In this document: positions 9,673 through 15,903 of the stretch, piece by piece
How positions within the stretch are numbered: the stretch's first letter is position 1
Layout: every line of letters begins with the position of its first letter
Source of the DNA: Candidatus Geohabitans tengchongensis
Lineage (GTDB): Bacteria; Sysuimicrobiota; Sysuimicrobiia; Sysuimicrobiales; Humicultoraceae
Assembly (NCBI GenBank): GCA_031459625.1
Contig: JAVKIH010000001.1
Coordinates: 316,411 to 332,313, forward strand
Length of the DNA: 15,903 nt
Reading direction: 5' to 3'
Notes under the pieces: model-generated
Databases searched by the model: none
Seen by the model: only the letters and a program-made list of their open reading frames with translations
Told to the model about the DNA's origin: nothing
Translations under genes and position numbers: made by a program

Positions 9673-9718
9673 CGCCGCACGGGACAGGGCGTCCGCGATG
9701 GGCTATGCTGGATTCTCG

Positions 9719-10705
9719 ATGCCCGACCCGTGGGTCGTCGTCTTCATCGTCCTGCAGCTGATCTACCTGGAGGGGATCCTCTCCATCGACAACGCGGCGG
9801 TGCTGGGGGCGATGGTCGCCCACCTGCCGCCGGACGAGCCGGTGCCGTGGCCCCGCCCGCTGCAGTTCCTCCAGGCACCGGTGCACCGCCTCCTGGGCGG
9901 GCAGCGGCCCGCCGCCCTCAAGGTGGGCCTGCTGGGCGCCTACCTCGGGCGCGGGCTCATGCTCTTCCTGGCCTCCTGGGTAGTGCGGAACCGCTGGTTG
10001 CTGCTGCTCGGCGGCCTCTACCTGGTGAAGCTCGGCGTCGACCACCTGGGGGAAACGCCGCGGGAGGCGGCGGAGGCGGCGGGGGAGCCCCTCCCGAAGC
10101 TGGAGCGCTCCTTCTGGAGCGTGGTGCTGGCGGTCGAGCTGGCCGACCTGGCCTTCAGCCTGGACAACGTCGTCGCCGCCGTGGCCCTCTCCCGCGACTT
10201 CTGGGTGGTCATGACCGGGGTGGCGCTCGGGATCGTCACGATGCGCTTCGCCGCCGGCGTGTTCGTCCGCCTCATCGAGCGGTTCCCGGTGCTCGAAGCC
10301 GCCGCCTACCTGCTGGTGCTCACCATCGGCCTGGGCCTCCTGGTGGAGGACCTCCTCCACGTCCGGCCGAACGAGGTCCAGCGCCTGCTGATCTCCCTGA
10401 GCATCGTCGTGGGGGCGGTCGTCTACGAGCGAACGCCGGCCCTGCAGGCCCTGGGGCGTCGCCTGCGCTGGCTCCGGCGGGGGATCGGCGTCGTCGGCCT
10501 GCTCTTCATCTCCATCCTCAAGCCGCTCGCCTGGATCCTGCGCGGCATTCCCGTGCTGGCCCGGGCCCTGGTCCTGGTGGTGGCGGAGCGGCCCCGTCAC
10601 GAGGCGCTGCGGGAGGCTGAGGCCGCGCCCCGTCGGCCGGGGAGCGGTCGCCCGGCACTGGGGTCCAGGAACCCGGAGGAGAGGACGACCGGTCGGTCTG
10701 ACTGA
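9719..10705 (+). CDS. TerC-family membrane protein (~328 aa)
   Basis: LEGILSIDNAAVL, ALKVGLLGAYLGR, VELADLAFSLDNVVAAVALS, MRFAAGVFVRLIERFPVLE. ATG 9719 is preferred over 9698. Confidence 0.9.
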   Translation: MPDPWVVVFIVLQLIYLEGILSIDNAAVLGAMVAHLPPDEPVPWPRPLQFLQAPVHRLLGGQRPAALKVGLLGAYLGRGLMLFLASWVVRNRWLLLLGGLYLVKLGVDHLGETPREAAEAAGEPLPKLERSFWSVVLAVELADLAFSLDNVVAAVALSRDFWVVMTGVALGIVTMRFAAGVFVRLIERFPVLEAAAYLLVLTIGLGLLVEDLLHVRPNEVQRLLISLSIVVGAVVYERTPALQALGRRLRWLRRGIGVVGLLFISILKPLAWILRGIPVLARALVLVVAERPRHEALREAEAAPRRPGSGRPALGSRNPEERTTGRSD

Positions 10706-11351
10706 TCTCCCCAGGCCCGAGACATGGCCCTACCGGCTGGCCTACCGTGTGGTGCGCGCGGTGCTGGGGTGCTACCTGCGCCTGGCCGTGGAGGGGACGG
10801 CGCACGTACCGGCCGGGGCGGCCCTCCTGGTGGCCAACCACCCCAGCGCCCTCGACCCCGTCCTCATCGCCGCCGCCCTCCCGCGGCGTGCCGTCTTCAT
10901 GGGGGCGGCCGAGTTCCTCACCTGGCCAGTGGTGGGGTGGGTGATGCGGGCGTACGGCGTCGTCCCGGTGCGCCGGGGCCGGGTGGACGCGGCGGCCGTC
11001 CGCGAGGCGGTGCGGGTCCTGCGGGCGGGCGGCCTCCTCGTCATCTTCCCGGAGGGGCGGGTGGCGCCCTCCGGAGGGGCGCTCAGGCCCGGCGCAGGAC
11101 TTCTGGCCGCCGCCGCACACGTCCCCGTCGTCCCCGTAGCCGTCGTGGGCTCGTCGCGCGCCCTGCCGCTCGGCCGCTACCTTCCCCGCCCCGTCCCCGT
11201 GCGGGTGTGCATCGGTCCGCCGCTCCCACCGCCCCCGGACCGGGAGGCGGGGGAGCGCACGGTGGAAGAGGCGATGGCCTGGATCCGGCGCACCGCGGCC
11301 TCGCGACCGGCGGAGGCCTCGCCGGCGCAGCCCCCGGCGGGTTCCGCCTAG
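10698..11351 (+). CDS. 1-acyl-sn-glycerol-3-phosphate (lysophospholipid) acyltransferase, PlsC family; start uncertain (CTG 10698 or GTG 10749)
   Basis: VANHPSALD (NHxxxxD), PVRR, IFPEGR, VPVVPVAV. Confidence 0.9.
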   Translation: MTDLPRPETWPYRLAYRVVRAVLGCYLRLAVEGTAHVPAGAALLVANHPSALDPVLIAAALPRRAVFMGAAEFLTWPVVGWVMRAYGVVPVRRGRVDAAAVREAVRVLRAGGLLVIFPEGRVAPSGGALRPGAGLLAAAAHVPVVPVAVVGSSRALPLGRYLPRPVPVRVCIGPPLPPPPDREAGERTVEEAMAWIRRTAASRPAEASPAQPPAGSA

Positions 11352-11388
11352 CCGCGCCCCTGGGCGCCGGCTTCTTGACACCCGGCCC

Positions 11389-11416
11389 TTGACGGCCGGG
11401 ACGAGGGTGCTACCCT
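11389..11416 (+). promoter_or_regulatory. Putative sigma70-type promoter for the leader peptide/sulfurtransferase operon
   Basis: TTGACG (11389-11394), 16-nt spacer, extended -10 TG-c-TACCCT (11408-11416). Predicted TSS near 11423. Confidence 0.65.
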
Positions 11417-11429
11417 GAACCTAATCGTG

Positions 11430-11525
11430 ATGGTCATCGGGTTTGCGTACAGGCCGTTCACTCCGCGACAGTGCATCTGTCCCGGGCGGAGGCCGCGTGC
11501 CTTCGCCCGTCCCCGGCCGGCCTGA
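11430..11525 (+). CDS. Putative Cys-containing leader peptide, 31 aa: MVIGFAYRPFTPRQCICPGRRPRAFARPRPA
   Basis: ATG 11430 (in-frame GTG at 11427) lies a few nt after the predicted TSS with no SD. TGC-ATC-TGT at 11472-11480, TGA at 11523-11525. It precedes sulfur-metabolism genes and overlaps alternative helices. Confidence 0.65.
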   Translation: MVIGFAYRPFTPRQCICPGRRPRAFARPRPA

Positions 11526-11678
11526 TCCGCCGGCGCTGACACTCCCCCGAAGGCACCGCGGTCTCCGCCGTCGCTGACCGTCGCCCGCACGACAGGGCGG
11601 GCGGGCACGCCGTGCGGTTCTACCGCCTCCGCTGCGGTGGAACGGACGGACTCCGGATGTGAGGAGCGAGGTGGAGAC
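11485..11678 (+). promoter_or_regulatory. Putative translational attenuator (anti-anti-SD / anti-SD / SD switch)
   Basis: 11485-11505 pairs with 11548-11569 (21 bp, 1 G-U, 1 bulge). Alternatively 11561-11575 pairs with the SD region 11665-11678 (14 bp, 1 G-U, 1 bulge). Both helices need 11561-11569. Confidence 0.72.
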
Positions 11679-11679
11679 G

Positions 11680-12519
11680 ATGGCATACGCACACCCTGAG
11701 GTTCTGGTCGAGCCGGAGTGGCTGCAGGCGCACCTGGACGACCCCACGGTGCGCATCGTGGAGTCGAGCGAGAACACCGCGCTCTACGCGGAGGGGCACA
11801 TCCCCAACGCCCTCCTGCTGCACTGGCGGGAGGACCTGCAGGACCCGGTGGTGCGCGACTGGGTGAGTCGGGAGCGCTTCGCCCAGCTCCTGGGGGAGCG
11901 CGGCATCAGCGACGCGCACACCGTGGTCCTCTACGGCGACCGGCACAACTGGTTCGCCGCCTACGCCTTCTGGCTCTTCAAGTACTACGGGCACCGGGAC
12001 GCGCGGCTGCTCAACGGGGGGCGGGACCGCTGGGTGCGCGAGGAGCGCCCGCTCACGACGGACGTCCCCCGCTTCCCGCCGGCCACCTACCGCGCGGGGG
12101 ATCCCGACCGGCAGATCCGCGCCTTTCGGGACGACCTCCTGCGGCGGCTCGGCGACCGGTCGCTGGCCCTGGTGGACGTCCGCTCCCCCGAGGAGTACCG
12201 CGGCGAGCTGCTGGCGCCCCCGGCCTATCCCCAGGAGGGGGCTCAGCGCGGCGGGCACATCCCCGGGGCCGTGAACATCCCCTGGGTGCAGAACCTGCGG
12301 GAGGACGGGACGTTCAAATCCCCCGAGGAGCTGCGGCGCCTCTACGAGAGCGCCGGGATCACCCCCGACCGCGAGGTGGTGGCCTACTGCCGCATCGGGG
12401 AGCGCTCCTCCCTCACCTGGTTCACGCTGGGCTACCTGCTCGGCTACCCCTCGGTGCGCAACTACGACGGGTCCTGGACCGAGTGGGGCAGCCTGGTGGC
12501 CAGCCCCATCGAGCGGTGA
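11680..12519 (+). CDS. Tandem-domain rhodanese / thiosulfate sulfurtransferase (CysA/SseA-like, ~279 aa)
   Basis: YAHPEVLVEPEWL, YAEGHIPNA, LLNGGRDRW, VDVRSPEEYRG, GGHIPGA, active-site loop YCRIGERSS, YDGSWTEWG. ATG 11680 follows GAGGTGGAG. Confidence 0.96.
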   Translation: MAYAHPEVLVEPEWLQAHLDDPTVRIVESSENTALYAEGHIPNALLLHWREDLQDPVVRDWVSRERFAQLLGERGISDAHTVVLYGDRHNWFAAYAFWLFKYYGHRDARLLNGGRDRWVREERPLTTDVPRFPPATYRAGDPDRQIRAFRDDLLRRLGDRSLALVDVRSPEEYRGELLAPPAYPQEGAQRGGHIPGAVNIPWVQNLREDGTFKSPEELRRLYESAGITPDREVVAYCRIGERSSLTWFTLGYLLGYPSVRNYDGSWTEWGSLVASPIER

Positions 12520-12527
12520 GGGCACCC

Positions 12528-12986
12528 ATGGGATCGCCGCGCGCGCCCCACCCCACGACGGTCGACCACAACGCCATCAAGTTCGGCCAGGTGGTCATCG
12601 TCCTCACGGTGGCCGTGGCCTGGCTGGCCGCCCTGCCGGTCCTGGTGGCCGTCCTGGCGGCCGTCCTCCTGCTGAACGTGGCGCTGGGAGAGTCCGGGCC
12701 GCTCCGGCTCCTCTACCGTCACGTCGTCCTGCCGCTGCGGGTCGTCCGGCCCCACCCGGTGCCGGACGACCCCGCGCCGCACCGCTTCGCCCAGGGGGTG
12801 GGCGGCGGGGTCCTGGCAGTCGCCGCCGCCGCCTTTGCCGCCGGCGCGTCCGCGGTGGGCTGGCTCCTGGCGGCCCTGGTGGCGGTACTGGCGGCGGTGA
12901 ACGTCCTCTGGAACTTCTGCGCGGGGTGCTTCCTCTACGCGCAGCTCCGGCGGGCCGGCCTCATCCGCCGCCGCGAAGCCGCATGA
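12528..12986 (+). CDS. DUF4395-family membrane protein (~152 aa)
   Basis: C-terminal part of track ORF 11718..12986. VDHNAIKFGQ, DDPAPHRFAQGVG, FCAGCFLY and four hydrophobic segments. Confidence 0.85.
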   Translation: MGSPRAPHPTTVDHNAIKFGQVVIVLTVAVAWLAALPVLVAVLAAVLLLNVALGESGPLRLLYRHVVLPLRVVRPHPVPDDPAPHRFAQGVGGGVLAVAAAAFAAGASAVGWLLAALVAVLAAVNVLWNFCAGCFLYAQLRRAGLIRRREAA

Positions 12987-13429
12987 CCCGCCTGCTGGTC
13001 CTCCTCGCCATCCTCGCCGCGCTGGGGCTCGTCGCGCTCTGGCTGTGGCGCCGCCCGCAGGCGCTCACGCGGCGTCTGGCGCACACGGGGGCGCTCGACG
13101 GGCTGGTCCCGCCGGGCCGCCCGGCCATCCTGGCCTTTGCCTCCACGGACTGCGCCGTCTGCCGCAGCGCCCAGCGCCCCGCCCTCGACGAGGTTGCCGC
13201 GGCCCTGGGAGAGGCGGTGACGGTGCGCGAGGTGGACATCGTCCAGGAGCCGGCCCTGGCCCGGGCATTCACCGTCTTCACCGTGCCGAGCACCGTGGTG
13301 CTGGACGGCGAGGGGCGGGTCGTGGCCTTCAACGCTGGCTACGCCCCGCCCGATCGGCTCCGCCGGCAGGTCCTCCAGGCGGGCAGGAGCCCCTCCCCGC
13401 GGGGCGAACAGAGCGTAGGGCTCACCTGA
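12983..13429 (+). CDS. Membrane-anchored thioredoxin-family protein (~148 aa)
   Basis: ATGA overlap with the DUF4395 stop, N-terminal TM helix, FASTDCAVC (CxxC), VFTVPSTVVLD (cis-Pro loop). Confidence 0.88.
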   Translation: MTRLLVLLAILAALGLVALWLWRRPQALTRRLAHTGALDGLVPPGRPAILAFASTDCAVCRSAQRPALDEVAAALGEAVTVREVDIVQEPALARAFTVFTVPSTVVLDGEGRVVAFNAGYAPPDRLRRQVLQAGRSPSPRGEQSVGLT

Positions 13430-13575
13430 CCACCAAGAAGACGAGTCGCTGTGCGGGGAGGCCCAGGGCCGCTCGGTCCTGCACCATTGCCGGCGGGCAC
13501 CGCCGACCGAGCGAGACCGCCGGACCGCCGGGCGTCGGCGACCGGTGGGACCGCTGTGGGGGAGGGATGGGGTTC

Positions 13576-14181
13576 ATGCGCGTGCTGGCTGCGCTCATCG
13601 GTGTCCTGCTGTGCGCCACGGCGGCCGTCGGCCAGACGGTCAGGGGCGATGTGCGGGCCTGGCAGGAGATCTCGGCCGCCCGGGAGCGACTGAGCCGCCT
13701 GAAGACCTACCGGATGCGCGTCACCTCGTCGGGGCAGCCCGCGCCGTCGGTGGTGGAGCGGGTGAACCCCGACCGCTCCCGGATGGTGATGAAGCAGGGG
13801 GAGATCACCATCGAGTCGATCACCGTGGGGAAGGAGACCCGGTTCCGCATGGCGGGGCCCGGCATGCTCGGGACCTGGCAGTGCCAGGGAGCCCTGCCCA
13901 AAGGGGCTGCCCCGGCGCAACCGCCACAGCCGGGGAAGGCCGAGGGGGAGATCACGGTGCGCCGGCTGGGCCCGAGGACCGTCGCGGGCGTGTCCACCCA
14001 GGCCTACGAGTACGCGACCTCCGGCAAGGGCGGGACGACGACGCAACGGCTCTACGTCGGACGGGACGGGTTGCCGCGGCGTCTGGAGCTCCTCGGCGGG
14101 AAGGGCGGCCAACCCGTCACGACCGTCGACTACTACGACTTCAACGCGCCCATCACCATCCCGCTGCCGGCCTGCAGCTGA
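13576..14181 (+). CDS. Secreted protein of unknown function, paralog A (~201 aa)
   Basis: GGAGG at 13561-13565 then ATG 13576. Signal peptide MRVLAALIGVLLCATAAVG. Colinear similarity to the next gene. Confidence 0.82.
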   Translation: MRVLAALIGVLLCATAAVGQTVRGDVRAWQEISAARERLSRLKTYRMRVTSSGQPAPSVVERVNPDRSRMVMKQGEITIESITVGKETRFRMAGPGMLGTWQCQGALPKGAAPAQPPQPGKAEGEITVRRLGPRTVAGVSTQAYEYATSGKGGTTTQRLYVGRDGLPRRLELLGGKGGQPVTTVDYYDFNAPITIPLPACS

Positions 14182-14224
14182 TCCGCCGCCGTCATCCTGC
14201 GGATCCCCCGTGATCGGGCCAGGC

Positions 14225-14243
14225 GCTTAGCCTTTCGCTAAGC
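14225..14243. repeat. Inverted repeat GCTTAGC-N5-GCTAAGC, possible operator or hairpin
   Basis: Perfect 7-bp arms in a relatively AT-rich patch about 30 nt upstream of paralog B. Confidence 0.5.
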
Positions 14244-14274
14244 ATGCCCGCCTAGGGTTGTCCAAGGAGGGGGG

Positions 14275-15024
14275 GTGAGGGCCGTGCGCCTGGTCGCCGC
14301 GGTGGTGCTGGTGGTCCTGGCGGTCACGCCCGCGCCAGCCCAGCGGGTGAGCGGGGACGCGGGGGCCTGGGAGGAGGTCAAGGCGGCTTTCGACCGCCTC
14401 CAGGCCCTCCGGACCTACAGGATGATCATGTCGCTCGGTCCCGAGATGAGCGCCCAACGGCAGATGACGATCCTTACGGAGGTGGTGAACCCCGACCGGC
14501 GGCGGACGGTCATGGAGTTCCCGGAGGGCATGGCCGAGTCGATCATCGTCGGGCGCCAGCTGGCCTCCCGGTTCGTGAGCAAGACCAGTCAGCCGGCGGT
14601 GCCGCAGCCCTCGCTCGGGCTCGGGGGGCTGCTCAGCGCCTTCCTGGACCCGGTCGGTTTCCTCACCGGGTTCTTCTTGCAGGCGGCCATGAACGCCATG
14701 ATGCAGGCGGTCACGCAGCGCCTCATGGGGTGGCGGTGCCAGACCCTGGACGAGGGCGGCGGGAGCAGCGGTGGCCAGGGAGCCAGCGAGCCCGAGGTCG
14801 AGGTGCGGCGGCTCTCCGACGCGACAGTCGGCGGCGCCCCGGCGCGGGTCTACCAGATCGTGTGGCGGATGTCGGGACAGCGCGCCCATGAGGAGCGCCT
14901 CTCCGTCACCGCGGACGGGATGCCGCGCCGGTCGGAGGCGTTCGACCAGGGCAAGCCGTTCATGATCACGGACTACCAGGACTTCAACGCGCCCATCACC
15001 ATCGAGCTGCCGCGCTGCACCTGA
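14275..15024 (+). CDS. Secreted protein of unknown function, paralog B (249 aa)
   Basis: AAGGAGG at 14264-14270. Signal peptide ending in TPAPA. Shares TYRM, VNPDR, ESI.VG, W.CQ, VRRL, DG.PRR and DY.DFNAPITI.LP.C with paralog A. Confidence 0.85.
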   Translation: MRAVRLVAAVVLVVLAVTPAPAQRVSGDAGAWEEVKAAFDRLQALRTYRMIMSLGPEMSAQRQMTILTEVVNPDRRRTVMEFPEGMAESIIVGRQLASRFVSKTSQPAVPQPSLGLGGLLSAFLDPVGFLTGFFLQAAMNAMMQAVTQRLMGWRCQTLDEGGGSSGGQGASEPEVEVRRLSDATVGGAPARVYQIVWRMSGQRAHEERLSVTADGMPRRSEAFDQGKPFMITDYQDFNAPITIELPRCT

Positions 15025-15045
15025 CCGGGACGACCGCCTGGCGTC

Positions 15046-15074
15046 TTGACCCGGCCCGAGGCCGCGGGTAGCGT
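15046..15074 (+). promoter_or_regulatory. Putative sigma70 promoter for the T-box/proS transcript
   Basis: TTGACC (15046-15051), 17-nt spacer, TAGCGT (15069-15074), directly before T-box stem I. Confidence 0.7.
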
Positions 15075-15079
15075 AAGGC

Positions 15080-15903
<824 letters not shown>

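Noticed and set aside
9673..9718. yybP-ykoY Mn2+ riboswitch upstream of terC
   Set aside because: The gap is only 46 nt and lacks the motif.
11375..11400. Perfect TTGACA at 11375-11380 and a CCCGGCC/GGCCGGG inverted repeat around the -35
   Set aside because: There is no -10 at proper spacing from this TTGACA, and a 7-bp all-GC repeat is likely by chance here.
11418..11443. Imperfect palindrome AACCTAAT-N10-ATCGGGTT as a CymR/IscR-type operator
   Set aside because: Only 6 of 8 arm positions match and the spacing does not fit the Rrf2 sites I recall. It cannot be excluded but is not supported.
11718..12527. N-terminal extension of the 422-aa ORF suggesting a fusion or frameshift with the sulfurtransferase
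   Set aside because: The extension is an alternate frame over the sulfurtransferase. DUF4395 has its own ATG at 12528 and both genes are intact.
13480..13513. CGCTCGGTC/GACCGAGCG hairpin after the thioredoxin gene as a terminator
   Set aside because: A 9-bp stem with a large loop and no U-tract is not enough to call.

Overview
Very GC-rich bacterial chromosomal window. It has a TolC gene (suggesting a diderm envelope) together with a T-box riboswitch and an archaeal/eukaryote-type ProRS; no mobile element or CRISPR was seen. Left, minus strand: a TolC-family channel coupled to an RND/HlyD-type periplasmic adaptor that runs off the window. Plus strand: (i) two tandem membrane-bound pyrophosphatases of opposite classes (K+-dependent, probably Na+-pumping, then K+-independent H+-pumping), followed by a KimA/YdaO-like K+ transporter, a TerC-family protein and a PlsC-type acyltransferase; (ii) a sulfurtransferase-DUF4395-membrane thioredoxin operon; (iii) two paralogous secreted proteins of unknown function; (iv) a proline T-box and the 5' part of proS. 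The best find lies upstream of the sulfurtransferase operon. A near-leaderless 31-codon ORF with Cys-Ile-Cys, absent from the ORF track, sits within mutually exclusive 21-bp and 14-bp RNA helices that would expose or bury the Shine-Dalgarno. This is a candidate cysteine-sensing translational attenuator. All family calls come from motifs read by eye; no database searches or folding programs were run.
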